This document shows positions 27,986 through 42,555 of a stretch of DNA of 64,000 nt, piece by piece (within the stretch, counting starts at the first letter, position 1; every line of letters begins with the position of its first letter). The translations under genes were made by a program, and so were the position numbers. The notes beneath the pieces are model-generated. The model did not search any database. It saw nothing but the letters and a program-made list of their open reading frames with translations, and was not told where the DNA came from. Source of the DNA: Octopus vulgaris (Eukaryota); the NCBI GenBank assembly GCA_951406725.2, contig OX597838.1, forward strand, positions 37,448,001 through 37,512,000, read 5' to 3'.

Positions 27986-28194
27986 CGATATTTTCTTTTC
28001 ATTTTTTCGTATTTGTTTCAGTCAAGAGACTGTGGTAATGCTGGGACACGCGCCTTAGTCGAAGAATTCGACCCCAGTATTTATTTGTTTTATAGCCTTG
28101 TTCATATCAGTCTCTGATTGCCGAACCGCTAAGTTACGGAGAAAACACTGGTTGTCAAGTTTTGGTGGGGACAAACACAAAGAAACGCACACAC

Positions 28195-29150
28195 ACTTGT
28201 TGGTGACGAAATGAATAAATTGTTGCTGCTTCCAACTCATGAGCAACCAGCGTAGAGTTGGCCGTGGGAGGAGCATGTAGTAGAGGGATCAAGTCCAACC
28301 ACCTTGAGGGATTGACCCTCAGATTTGTTGATTAAAATACCGAAACTTAGTTTGATTGGAAACTGAGGCCTCTTAAGTTCAAATGGAACATCTATAGGTA
28401 TGAGAGGAATTCTTGGAATAAACACATTTTCCTCCTTTGTGACTACCTGTTAAGATTGCCGCCCCTAGGACATGGACAGCATCTTGCGGATGAACATACT
28501 TTTTTATCCCTTAACTTTTTTTGATTGCTACGAATGTAGAGGAGACGTTCATTCTCAACTTTAGCATATCAACCAGATATTCCTGAAAGAGATCACGGTA
28601 TGTGTTTAATTGCGAGCTGGCAGAAACGTTAGCACGCCGGGCGAAATGCTTAGCGGTATTTCGTCTGTCGTTACGTTCTGAGTTCGAATTCCGCCGAGGT
28701 TGACTTTGCCTTTCATCCTTTCGGGGTCGATAAATTAAGTACCACTTCCGCACTGGGGTCGATGTAATCGACTTAATACCTATGTCCGTTCTTGTTTGTC
28801 CCCTCTGTGTTTCGCCCCTTGCGGGCAATAAAGAAATAGGTATATGTTTAATTGCTTTGATTGTTCTGGTCTTAACATCAATTGGTAAGAATAAAAGTCA
28901 TTTGACGACACCCTTTTGTTCATAATTGGCCCTCCTGTTGCAAGGTTCAATCTGTGGAATATTGAAATGATCCCCATTTTGTCCATTCCACAAAATAAGA
29001 TTATACTGGAGAACATCATAAGAGAGATGAGTCTGTGAAACACGTTTAAGGTTGTTATCTCGAGCACGAATGAGAATATCATGATTTTCATGGGGATCAC
29101 CAACCATAAGGATGGCTTCTCCATTAGATGTGGGCTCATTAAAACGGCGT
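28195..29150 (-). mobile_element. Helitron RepHel deletion derivative (N-terminal Rep-region piece fused to Pif1 helicase C-terminus), with a family-B SINE at 28612-28838
   Basis: HLSYDVLQY.L..NG and LFQEYLVDM joined to IPRIPLIP..PF..KRPQFPIKLSF...INKSEGQSL...SHGQLY; SINE TSD at 28597-28613 and 28839-28855. Confidence 0.82.
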
Positions 29151-29843
29151 AAAATGTCCTTTACTATAGTTTACTATATACGTAACGAAAGCGGAAACGC
29201 ACACACACTCACAGACACATACACACTCATGCGCATATGAATATGAATGTGTGAATGTGTGTGTGTGTGTGTGTCTAATTCTCAGAGGCCTAACGTTTAA
29301 AAATTATCGCACATACACTCGTGCACACATACACTCTGACATACACTCACATACATATACTAAGAGAGACACACTGACATATATTCACGCACACTTTAGG
29401 TCTATCTCTGTCCCTCTGTGTGTCTTTGTCTTTAGATGTATGTATGTGTGAGTGTGTGTGTCAGTCGTCACAAAAGTGTATGCATACTGACACACGCACA
29501 TACATCCTCAAATACATTCACACACATATAATATCCAGTCATCGGCCTAACGTGATAACAAACGCGCAAACACACACATATACACACACACTCACAGATA
29601 CATACACAATTATATAGAAAGTGTGACGTCATCGTGGTCGTCGTGATACGATAGTGGAGTTATAAAAAGATTATAATGTTAAAATTTTGTAATGCAAATA
29701 TGTAAATGAAAATAAAGTATATTTGGTAGCCGAAAGGTTACTGAATCTTTTGATACCCAATAATTCAAAATCGGCAACTAAATTTTCGAATGCACATGGT
29801 ACATACGCACACACATGCATAGAATCTCTGTTTTATATATATA

Positions 29844-30038
29844 CTATTTTACTTGTTTCAGTTATTTTGACTGCGGCCATGCTGGAGCACCGCCTTTAGT
29901 CGAGCAACTCGACCCCGGGACTTATTCTTTGTAAGCCCAGTACTTATTCTATCGGTATCTTTTTGCCGAACCGCTAGGTGACGGGGACGTAAACACACCA
30001 CCATCGGTTGTCAAGCAATGCTAGGGGGACAAACACAC

Positions 30039-30069
<31 letters not shown>

Positions 30070-30241
30070 CATATATACGACAGGCTTCTTTCAGTTTCCA
30101 TCTACCAAATCCACTCACAAGGCATTGGTCGGCCCGGGGCTATAGCAGAAGACGCTTGCCCAAGATGCCACGCAGTGGGACTGAACCCGGAACCATGTGG
30201 TTGGTTAGCAAGCTACTTACCACACAGCCACTCCTGCGCCT
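29844..30241 (-). mobile_element. Family-A (OK-like) SINE
   Basis: Consensus match. Confidence 0.9.
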
Positions 30242-30700
30242 ATATAGATAATATGTAGATAATGCATTGAAAGATCTGCCTATTATTGTACTTTTCGCCA
30301 TTTGTTCTTTTATCATAATATTCATAGTAAAAAACGGCTTCTAAGGAAATTTCCAGGTTTCTGTCGTTATTTACCTGTATATAAAGGTGTTGCTATATCT
30401 GTTTTACTTTTTTTTGAAATAACAAAGTAAATCACACGTGTGAAATTTGATTGGTGACAACCGATGCTGTCATCTTGCGGTTGTTTTTAGTTTAAGAGGC
30501 AGAGAGAAAATAGGGTTCGGTAAGAAATAAAGGTGAGGGACAAATTTCCCTCAAGGGGAGAGAATCGCTGAGAGAGAGATTTTTATATACTTATTTTTTT
30601 AATGTTTCTATATAATTCATTCCTATTTGTTTTTTTTTTGTTTGCAAGTAGATGCAGATAAATATATTTCTTTTGCCCTCGTTTTTAAGTTGTTTATGTA

Positions 30701-30759
<59 letters not shown>

Positions 30760-30977
30760 ATTTATGTGTCTGTGTTTGTCCCCACCATAGCTTGACAACC
30801 GATGTTGATGTGTTTACGTCCCTTTAACTTAGCGGTTCGGCAAAACAACCGATAGAATAAGTACTAGGCTTACAACGAATAAGGCCTGGGATCGATTTGT
30901 TCGACTAGAGGTGGTGCTCCAACACGGCCGCAGTCAAATGATTGAAACAAAGGAATAAAAGAATAAAAGAATATACA

Positions 30978-31035
<58 letters not shown>

Positions 31036-31059
31036 CATATACATAAACATGTGAGTGTT

Positions 31060-31260
31060 GTGTATAAAGCAAAAGAACGTAGTTAAACTTAAAGGGACAA
31101 GCAATTTAATAACAGGTATGCACAACACACTTACTCATTTAAGAACAAAAAATACAATACCCGAGACACCCCAGGTTATATGGTATCGCTCAACCCGAAA
31201 TTACAATCAAAATCACTTGTATGGGATATTTTCCAAGGGGAACCAGAGATCAACCGAGTG
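31060..31260 (+). pseudogene. Possible Penelope GIY-YIG endonuclease remnant
   Basis: FNNRYAQHTYSFKNKKY...YM..L....SLVWDI resembles the FxxRxxxHxxSF...WxI pattern of PLE endonucleases. Confidence 0.45.
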
Positions 31261-31575
31261 TTTGCTAAGTTAGATTCACAGCACAGCCATGGCTGCGCTA
31301 ATATTCGTTTCATGTGGATAGGAAACTCTTATCTATACATGTTTACATTTAAACTAAGTGAAACGTGCTGTTTTAAAGACTATAAATAGGTATTAAACGC
31401 CGGGTGGTAACATTGTTAACTTCTGTCGTCTTTATGGCCGCAGACATCTTGTTTCTGTCGTGTTTTATTTTTGTTTGATTTTTTTCTTTTTGTTGCTTAA
31501 ATTTTGTTAATTTTTCTGAATGGAAATTTGAATTCACATTACACTAATATGATCATGAACAATGAGTTTCGTTCG

Positions 31576-31730
<155 letters not shown>

Positions 31731-31992
31731 TGTGCGTGTGTGAATATATAAATATATATGGGTGTGTGTGTATGTGGATATATGTATATATATGTATACA
31801 TTACACACACAGATACACTCACAAAAACACAAATACACACAGATACACATCTGTATATATGTATACATATATATATATTTATATATATTTATATATATAT
31901 ATATATCAATATGTACATATCAATATACACATAAAAATACATGCTTGATGAATGTGTGTGTGTGCGTGTGTGTATGTTTGTGTGTGTATTTG

Positions 31993-32025
<33 letters not shown>

Positions 32026-32119
32026 ATGCTTCGTTACAAAGACGAAAGAATTATTCTCAAAAGAAAAGCTATATATTTTATGAAGCATCCTAATTCATTT
32101 TCGCGAGTGAATTTCATGA

Positions 32120-32996
32120 TTCCGCAGCAGAATCGGCAGAGCACCGACGAGATTGACATAAGGCATTTCTTTTGACCATTTCGCTCTGTGTTCGTTTCTC
32201 ACCTACGTCAGCTTTGCCTTTCATTCCTTTGGGTTCGCTAAAAGGTGGTCCCATTTCAGCAGTGAAGTAAACGATATGGAAAAAAAATCCCCCACCTCAA
32301 TAATTGCCGCTAACTCTCCGCCTGAAATTGTAATAATTTCAAATTATGGCCCTAGGCCAGAACTTTTGGAGATGATAAATTGATTATATCAACTTCAGTG
32401 TTCAACGAGTAATTATTTCATGGACCTCGAAGGGATGAAAGGCAAAGTCGACCTCGGCGGAATTTGAGCTCAGAGTGTGATGACGAACGGACTACCGCTA
32501 AGCATGTCGCCCAGCGTGATAACAATTCTGTAACCACACTACCTTTATCATAATATTTATAATTACTTCAAATTTTGGCACAAGGCCAGCAAATTTCTGG
32601 CAGGAGTTAAGTCGATTACATCGACCCCAGTATTAATCTGGTACTTACTTTATCGTCTCTGAAAGGATGAAAGGCAAAGTCGACCTCGGCGGAATTAAGA
32701 CTTAGAAACTAAAGCGTTTTGCCCGACGTGCTTAACGATTCTGCCAGGTAGCCGCCTTTTCATAACAATAATAATAATAATCTTTTCTATTAAAAGGTAC
32801 AGGGCCTGAAATTTCGGGGAAAGGGGACTAATCGATTACATCGACCACAGTATTTCACTGGTACTTAATTTATAAACTCCGAAAGGATGAAAGGCAAAAT
32901 CGACCTCGGCGAAATTTGAACTCAGAACTCAGACGGACGAAATGCCTCCAAGCATTTTACCTGGTGTGCTAATGATTCTGCCAGCTCACTGCCTTA
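32120..32996. mobile_element. Cluster of older family-B-related SINEs
   Basis: Repeated gaaaggatgaaaggcaaagtcgacctcggcggaattt blocks; similar clusters at 26094-26540, 40262-40680 and 41290-41900. Confidence 0.85.
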
Positions 32997-33076
<80 letters not shown>

Positions 33077-33130
33077 TGATGATGATGATGATGATGACGA
33101 TGACGACGATGATGATGATGATAATAATAA

Positions 33131-34223
33131 CTAAAAAGCTTAGACAGAAAGACAAGGAAGTTGCTAATTAGATATGGGATACTCCACCCAAAAATTGACA
33201 CAGACAGACTGTATGTACCAAGAAATAGAGGGAGTAAAGGACTTATTGGATGTGAACACAGCATTAGAGCAGAAGAAAACAACATAGCATGGGATGTAAA
33301 TAATGCCACAGAAGCGCTATTATAAGTAGGAATGTGAGGCTTGTGTAGGATGAAAGATTGCAAAGATAAAGCACTGTACAAGAAATTGAAAACAAATGAA
33401 ACTGAAAATAGGTGGGTAAAGAAAAGACTGCATGGACAATTTCATAGAGATGTTGAAGATAAGACAGACAGAGAAAAAAGATGGCTATGGATGACTAAAA
33501 GGGATTTAAAACCGGAAATGGAGGCTTTAATCTGCGCCGCCCAAGAGCAATCACTAAGAACAAACTACATAAAATACAGAATAGACTACACAACAGAAAG
33601 TGATAAGTGCAGAATCTGTGGACAAAAAGGTGAAACCCTATCGTATATTACCAATCAATGTACTCCACTATCCCAGAAGGAATATAAAAGACGCCACGAC
33701 AATATAGCAAGGCTTGTCCATTGGTCACTTTGCAACAAGTATGGACTTAACAGAGCAAAAAATTGTTACGATCACACACCTGAAGACATCGTCGAAAACA
33801 GAAATGCAAAGATCCTATGTGATATTATGATTCAGTGCGACCGTGAAATAGAGAATAGGAAACAAACTATGCTGGATCATAGATATATCATGCCCAGCTG
33901 ACGACAAGGTATGCAATAAGGAAGAAAGAAAAGTCGAGAGATATGGCAGGTTAGCTTGGGAAGATAAGCTGTTGTGGTCGGTGAAAAAGGTAGCAGTAGT
34001 ACCAATAATTGTCGGAGCCCTGGGAACAGATAGCAAAAATCCCGAGAAGTACGTGAAACAAATAGGGGCTGCAATAAGGGTGGAGCATTTGCAGAAAACA
34101 TCACTGCTTGGAACCGCTTGAATACTCCGGAAGATGCTCGAAAAATAAGAGGTGTTACCTTAGTTTACTGGTAGTGAACAGCTGACAGTAGTACATCTCC
34201 AGCATTAGAAGCTGTGCAAAGGC
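33131..34223 (+). mobile_element. 5'-truncated R4/Dong-like LINE (post-RT region, zinc knuckle, endonuclease remnant, 3' UTR)
   Basis: DRLYVPR..G.KGL, LHGQF, LICAAQEQSLRT, CRIC..ET..I...C, RRHDNIA..HW, VVPIIVGALG; (AAT)n on both sides. Confidence 0.88.
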
Positions 34224-34239
34224 AATAATAATAATAATG

Positions 34240-34352
<113 letters not shown>

Positions 34353-34800
34353 TAACAATAATAATAACAATAACAATAATAATAACAATAACAATAATAA
34401 TAATAATAATAATAATAATTTCATTTATTTGCCACAAAGGTAATAATAATGTAATTTCTTTCTGCTATGGGCATAAAGCCTGAAATCTTTAGGGAGGGCG
34501 GGCCAAGTCGGTTATATCGCCCCCAGGGCTCAGCTATTACTTACCTTCACGGCACCGAAAAGGTGAAGAGTAAATTCGATCGCAGTTGTATTTGAACTCA
34601 GAACGAGGAAATCCGGAATAAATAACCACAAGCAGAATTTTTATGATTTTGCTAAAAATTCTGTCAGACCGCCAGATTTCTATGCGCTTACTTGACCTAA
34701 AGTGTTAAAGTGGAAAATTTCAATATTCCTTTATTTTGAAATTGTATGTGTACAAAATTATATATTGACGTATGTATGTATAAATATATATATATAAATA

Positions 34801-34864
<64 letters not shown>

Positions 34865-34879
34865 CATATAACGGGAAAG

Positions 34880-35010
34880 TTTACGAAAATAAACAAAAAA
34901 AATAAGGCAGGTGGAGTTCTAACAAACAAATGTATTAGTATAGCGCTCAGGGATAGAAATAAAACAAGTCTTTTTACGTTTCGAGCCTACGCTCTTCGAC
35001 AGAAAGATAC
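34880..35010 (-). mobile_element. Penelope-like terminal fragment with a variant hammerhead-like motif (34968-35007)
   Basis: Minus strand UCUUU-CUGUCGA-A-GAGC-GUAG-GCUC-GAA-ACGU-A^AAAAGA; A6 is replaced by U. Confidence 0.5.
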
Positions 35011-35074
35011 ACACACACACATATATATATAATTATAGCTATCTTTATTTTCCTCGCCTCTTGATACACACAGT

Positions 35075-35116
<42 letters not shown>

Positions 35117-35174
35117 GTGTATATATTATTGTCTTTGTGTATATGTGTGTGTACGTGTGTTTGTGACTGTACAG

Positions 35175-35240
<66 letters not shown>

Positions 35241-35403
35241 CATGACTAAGCAATTATATCTATCTTTATTTTCCCCGCCTCTTGATACACACAGTCAAAT
35301 ATTATATATATATATATATAATATTTTTATAAGCAAACCCGAAAGGTTTAGCGAATTACAGAGAGAAAGCTATGGAAGGCTCATAGTATAAATAATATCA
35401 TTA

Positions 35404-35457
<54 letters not shown>

Positions 35458-35513
35458 TCGTATGAATGTATGTATGTATGCATGTAAATATACATATGCA
35501 TATACATACACGT

Positions 35514-35562
<49 letters not shown>

Positions 35563-35576
35563 AATAACTATATATT

Positions 35577-36194
35577 GAGGCCACCTTTGGTCATGACTGA
35601 CCGTGGGATTGCACCTAGAAAGTTACCCTCCCTGTCACAAGTCCAGGCAAGGTTGCTCATGGAAGACCAGCAGTCGCCCATGCGTACCGGTGTCCCCTCT
35701 TCACGCCATCAGTGTTATCCGAGAGAAAGGCAAAGGGGCCGATACAGCTTGGCACCTGTGTCGTCGCAACTCATTTCTACAGCTGAGTGAACTGGAGCAA
35801 CGTGAAATAAAGTGTCTTGCTCAAGCCAGAACAGGCAGCCCGGTCCGGGATTCGAACTCACAACCTCACGATCGTAACTTATTCTTTGTAAGCCTAGTTC
35901 TTATTCTATCGATCTCTTTTACCGAACCGCTATGTTACGGGGACGTAAAAACACCAGCATCGGTTGTCAAGCGATGTTGGGAGACAAAGATATACAAACG
36001 CACGCACACACATTTATATTCATACATATATATGACGGGCTTCTTTCAGTTTCCGTCTGCCGAATCCACTCACAAGGCTTGGTAGGCCGAGGCTATAGTA
36101 GAAGACACTTGCCCAAAGTGCCACGTTGTGGAACTGAACCCGGAACCATGTGGTTGGTAAGCAAGCTACATACCACACAGCCACTCCTACGCCT
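35577..36194 (-). mobile_element. Family-D CORE-type SINE (35577-35876) fused to a tail-less family-A SINE (35876-36194)
   Basis: Minus strand B-box GAGTTCGAATCCC followed by CORE-like cttgagcaagacact...cactcagctgtagaaatgagt. Confidence 0.75.
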
Positions 36195-36340
36195 ATGTAT
36201 ACTAGCTTAAAGTTCCTACTCGCCAATTCCTCGTTATAGAGGAGCCCATTTCATTTGAAGATTTCTCTATTCGCTGGTCGATTAAAGACGCTTCTATGTA
36301 TCCGTGTAATTAGGTTTCTAATTACAGCCAGATTCTTAAA

Positions 36341-36622
36341 TAATTAGTTAGTTAGTTAGTTAATTTTTGGCTCAAAAAGCAAAAAGCAAGGCCATGTAGG
36401 GGGCCATGGAGTTATGTACAGGGTGGTGTTCATGTAAAGAGTTCAGGCCACTTGTGGTCAAGGGAGACTTTGAACCGAGCGGTCGTCGGCATCTTCACCA
36501 TCTCGTCCGGCAGCTTATTCCACGGATCCGCAACCCGGACGGAGAAAGCCCCTCTCCTTCGATTGAAATGAAATCGTCGCAGATAGAGCTTTTCGGAGTG
36601 ACCCCGCAGCCGACGCTCTGGA
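36341..36622 (-). mobile_element. CR1-type LINE 3' end with (AACT)n tail
   Basis: Minus-strand translation RLRGHSEKL..RRRGAFSVRVADPWNKLPDEMV..RFKVSLD..* (stop at 36430-36432). Confidence 0.85.
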
Positions 36623-37014
36623 ATTTGGTCATTGGACTTTCAGTACTGGTAGTACTTGCTGGTCCTCAGGACTCGGGTGAGGTCCAGATAATCGACATTT
36701 ATATAAACTTAGGCTGAGTTCTTTCCTTAAAGTCCTTTCAAGACACGTCCACGACGTGGCTATGGTTGGAATGCTTTTGATCATACGCCTGCGTGATCAC
36801 AGCTGAGAGAAAGATAAACAATAACAGAAAGCAACAACAGCAACAACTTACATAAACAGAACTTATTTGTAGTCAAAGGACATGTCAATCGGAAGTTGAA
36901 TACGGTATTTCCGGCAAGGAATGGCTGTCTGTACTGACCGGATGCATTAAAAGACACTAATGATGGAAGGGATTCTGATTTCTTTATAAATTCGATATTC
37001 TTTTACTATTTTTT

Positions 37015-37685
37015 AAAAAACTTGTTTCAGTCGTTTCACTACGACCATGCTGGAGAACGCCTTGAAGGGTTTTAGTCGAACAAATCGACCCCAAGATATT
37101 ATTTTTATCCTAAGAATTATTTTATCTTTTACCGATCCCCTGCGTTACGTGGACGTAAACACTCCAACACCGGTTGTCAAGCAGTGGTGGGGGACAAACA
37201 GAGACGTACACATACACACACGCACACATATACACACACTCACACTCGCACACAACACATTCTTACACACACGCACATATATATATATATACGAGGGGCT
37301 TCTTTCAGTTTCCGGCCAACAAATCCACTTGCAAGGCTTTGGTCGTCCCAAGGCTAGAGTAGAAGACACTTGCTCAAGGTGCCACGCAGTGGGACTGAAC
37401 CCAGGGCCATGAGGCTGGGAAAAAAACTTCTTAATCACACAGCCACTCGAGCCTCTCTCTTTACTCTTCTACTCTTTTACTTGTTTCAGTCATTTGACTG
37501 CGGCCATGCAGGAGCACCGCCTTTAATCAAGCAACTTGACCCCGGGACTTATTCTTTTGTAAGCCCAGTACTTATTCTATCGGTCTCTTTTACCGAACCG
37601 CAAAGTGACGGTGACGTAAACACACCAGCATCGGTTGTCAAGCAATGGTGGGGGGACAAACACAGACACACAAACACACACATGC

Positions 37686-37716
<31 letters not shown>

Positions 37717-37878
37717 TACGACAGGCTTCTTTCTGTTTCCGTCTACCAAATCCACTCACAAGGCTTTGGTCTGCCCGAGGCTATAGTAGAAGACACTTGC
37801 TCAAGGTGCCACGCAGTGGGACTGAACCCAGGGCCATGAGGTTGGGAAACAAAACTTCTTAATCACACAGCCACTCGA
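37015..37878 (-). mobile_element. Two tandem family-A SINEs
   Basis: 37015-37450 and 37455-37878 share private head variants (cccagggccatgagg..aacttcttaatcacac). Confidence 0.88.
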
Positions 37879-38355
37879 ACCCCTGTATATTTTTTGGTTT
37901 TTATTTTTACATCGATTCCCCCCTGGTTCGAACTCGACACAATCCAAATGCAAGGCATTGAACAAGATAGATAAATACAGCCCCCCCTCCACAATCCCGC
38001 CCCCACCGCCACTGCATACAATTATATGTCTGTCTGTTTACGTATCATTAAAATTAGTTACATCTCCACACGGGTTGTTGCTGTCTTTATTTCTGTTTTA
38101 GTTATTTTCGTTCACTGCCAAATTCGTTGACAGTTTCGATAAAGAGACAAACTCATTTATCTTTCAGCTGTAGAGATTTTGAACAGCAGCCATGTTCAAA
38201 TGAAAAAGAAAAAAAAATAATAAATAAATAAATAAATACAAGAAAACAAACAGTAAACAATAACAAAACCAAGGAACAAAAATATAAGACAATTGTTGAA
38301 AGATATTATACTCTAAGTCTGTCACTCTCCGTCACGCGATATACATACCTATACT

Positions 38356-38675
<320 letters not shown>

Positions 38676-38952
38676 ATGTATATATATATAATATATAATG
38701 TATATATATATATATATATAATATATATATATATAAATTATATATATATGTATATAGACACATGCATATGCGTGTATAATTACATGCATATATGTATATA
38801 CACACACACACACATATATATATATGTTTATAAATATGAATATATATATATAGGCACATGTATATGCATGTATAATTACATACAATTGCGTGTGTGTGTA
38901 TATATATACACATATATGTATATAAATACATACACATATATACACATGCACA

Positions 38953-39026
<74 letters not shown>

Positions 39027-39370
39027 CCACAATGGTAACTTTTCGGTTGTCTCATCTAGAAACCTATTGTAAGTGCTCCACACTAAACTGGAAATTTCGA
39101 AATTAGTCGGGGCTACGATCGCCGCTTATCTGATATAAAGGAATGGAATTACTTTGAAAAGAAACGACATCGACAGACACTCGGGAACGTCTGTGTGAAT
39201 CCGTGGACATATCTGTCTGTCTGTTTATCTATCTACCACGAGAGATAAATAATCGATCGATATGTATAGACAAATAGATTATCTATCTATCGATCGATCG
39301 ATTTCTTTCTTTTTCAACCAATCTCTCACAATCTCCCTCCTTCCCACTCCCTCCCCATCTCTCCCCTCCC

Positions 39371-39402
<32 letters not shown>

Positions 39403-39487
39403 ACATATCTATATATTTATGTATGATATATATATATATATATGTCAAATATTTATATAAATATATGTATATATGTATTATATATAT

Positions 39488-39607
<120 letters not shown>

Positions 39608-39814
39608 TATGAATGATGTGATGCTATATTAAATCATACATACATACGCACGTACAAATATAGATAGATACATAACTACATTATACATAATACATACATA
39701 CATACATATATACACACATATCCACACCCATATATATGTCTGTCTGTGTACGTAAGCCTATATTATATAACTATATGCGATACGATTTTATACAAATATG
39801 TATGTTGGTGTGTG

Positions 39815-40255
39815 TGTAGGAGTGTCTCTCTGTCTCGGGTCTCTAGGACTTCAATGTTTACGTCTAAGAGTGAAATGGTGGTGCTGCCTGAATTTATGTT
39901 AGGATTATTCAGTATGATAAATTTGAGGTTGGAATTACTTTCGAAATTCTAGTTGCCTGTTCTCGTCTCTCCATTACAATGAATGCTTTACCAATGTTGC
40001 TAGTAAAAATGATGCGGGCATGTTTAGGAATAACCTTGTTTTCGAAGTCAGTCACGCAAAACTCTGCTTATGTAGGTCTTAGTGTAGAACCCATCGTCAT
40101 TCCGTCTACTTGCACATACATATGTCGATTAGTGAGGAATGGAATGGGATTTCAGCCGTTCAGGCCAATAGGAATTTTCCATTGTTCTGTCTAGGTATAT
40201 TAGGAGATTTAATTGTAAAGTGTCTACGCACATTATTCAAGATTATTATGACTAT
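39815..40255 (-). pseudogene. Penelope-like reverse transcriptase remnant
   Basis: Minus strand YVQVDGMTMGSTLRPT*AEFCVTDFENKV and downstream NLKF..ISLLDV; stops and frameshifts. Confidence 0.72.
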
Positions 40256-42032
40256 AACCTTTAGGGCGGCGAGCTGGAGGAATTTTTAGCAGCCGCAAAA
40301 AGTCCTTAGCGGTATTTCGTCCGTGCTAACATTCTGAGTTCAAATTCCGTTTCGGGGTCGATAAAATTATTACCAGTTATGCCATGGGGTCGATGACATC
40401 GACTAGCCCCACTCCGCACAAAAAAGAAAACAAAAAAAAAAAATTACATCTTTTGGCAAAATATGAAACCGTTTTTACAGGATGATTAAAGCGGTGAGCT
40501 GGCAGAATGGTTAGCACACCGGGGAAAGTTGCTCAGCGGCATTTCGTCTTTTACGCCGTGAGTTCAAATTCCATTGAGGCCGACTTTGTTCTTTATTCTT
40601 TTGGCAGTGGTACACTGGAGTCAATGTAATCGATTTACCCTTCCACCAGAATGTCCGACCTTGTGCCTATTATAGGATTATTACAGGAACTTTAATATAT
40701 TTGGATTTTTGTCACTATATTGGAAATATTGCCATCTTTATCAGTTTCCTGCAGTATTTATTCGAACCCCTGTGATGAATATACACTGTATATCTGCTGT
40801 TTATCATTTTATCTGCTTTAACGTCCCCCTGAGATGGCGCGTTGAGATGATGTTTTACAGGTCGATATTTAGGTTTCATAGATTGTTAGTGACCCTCATA
40901 CATCTGAAAAACAACTGTATAGGGAAATAGAGCTAATCAGGAGCTTCTACGTCTGATTTTATTTACTTGAAATAGTAGCCAAATATGCCTCGAATAACAC
41001 TATTTCACAATGGAATAACGAAGGATTGATCGGACAATATAATTATTAATGTTCCTAAAAAATGTTTGGCTGGATGGTTACTTTTGGATTATCTTTGATC
41101 AGAGTTCGAAGTGATCTGAGTTTAAACTATTAATTTTCAAGGAGACACATATAAGACCCCAACAAAAATATTCTTGGAAATGTGTGTCCCGATTCCTTTA
41201 TGAAAGGACAGACAAAATAAAGTTTGTTTTCACGTAATCCTTCTCTCGTTGTTAAGTAAAATGCCGTATTGGAAAGTAAAATACAGAATGATTTCAAATG
41301 TTGACATAAGGCCAGCAATTTTATGGGAGGGTGATAGTTTATTACATCGACTCCAGTGCTTGATAGGTACTTATTTTAATAACCCCCTAAAGGATGAAAG
41401 CAAATTCGGCTTCGGTGACATTCGAACTCGGAATCTAAAGAGCCTAAACAAATGCTGCTATGCATTATGTCCAGCATGTTATCGATTCTACCAGCTCATC
41501 ATTTTAGTGCCATCTTTAATTCTTTCTACTTTCGGGACACAACCTGAAATTTTGGGGCAAGGGTCTAGCCGGTAGCACTGAATTCAGTGCTCAACTGGTA
41601 TATATTTTATCAACCTCGGAGGAATGAAAAAAGTAAAGTCGACCACGGTGACATTTGAACTCAACGTAAAGGGCTGAAAGTATTTTGTCCGGTGTGCTAA
41701 CGATTCTGCCATTTGCCGCATTAGCGTAAGATAAGACCCTTTGTTCTTAGTGACACAGGGCTTTAGATTTTGGGCGAGAGGGCTTAGTCAGTTGCATTGA
41801 CCCCCATTTTCAAGACCTGAATGCAGAACGTAGAGAGCCGGAAGAAATGCAGCCTATCATTTTAACCGGTGCATTAATTATTCTGCTAACTAGCCTCCTT
41901 TTTTTCCAGATGTGATATTTCTTTCAACATTCCGCACATGACCAGCAACTTTGAGAGGAGGGGATTCAACTGGTACTTATTTTATCGAAAAGGGTAGAAG
42001 ACATTTTTGAAAATTATCTGTAACGGTGCACA

Positions 42033-42071
<39 letters not shown>

Positions 42072-42072
<1 letters not shown>

Positions 42073-42404
42073 TGTTGCCTCTGGGGAGAGTCATTCTCTT
42101 TTAGTGCCTTATTATATAACACACTCACCGGTAAAATTTCCACTTATTTCTTATTTTTATTTTCTAAAATTTTCGTTGCGTCTTGCAACCTTTTCAATAG
42201 TTTTGAAAATTGAAAAGACTATTGAAAAGGTTGCAAGACGCAACGAAAATTTTAGAAAATAAAAAAAAGAAATAAGTGGAAATTTTACCGGTGAGTGTGT
42301 TAAATTATAAGGCACTAAAAGAGAATGACTCTCCCCAGACACAACAGAATATGCTTCAACACACGAACTCATATAAAGAATCGTGCAAACCAAATCCAAA
42401 AACG

Positions 42405-42406
<2 letters not shown>
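42072..42406. repeat. ~130 bp-arm inverted repeat (42072-42201 and 42218-42347) of a Penelope-like terminal sequence, embedded in (TA)n
   Basis: The arms are near-perfect reverse complements; a single-orientation homologue lies at 8738-9355. Confidence 0.9.
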
Positions 42407-42448
<42 letters not shown>

Positions 42449-42555
42449 GTAGTAGTAAGGAATATAATTCCAAACTTACAGGGAAAAATTCAATACTATT
42501 TACTACTTATTATTTATTTATTGTTTATGTACTTTATTGATTTTTAGAATACAGT

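Noticed and set aside
29624-29631. Perfect CRE palindrome TGACGTCA (also 11034-11041)
   Set aside because: An isolated 8-mer with no promoter context.
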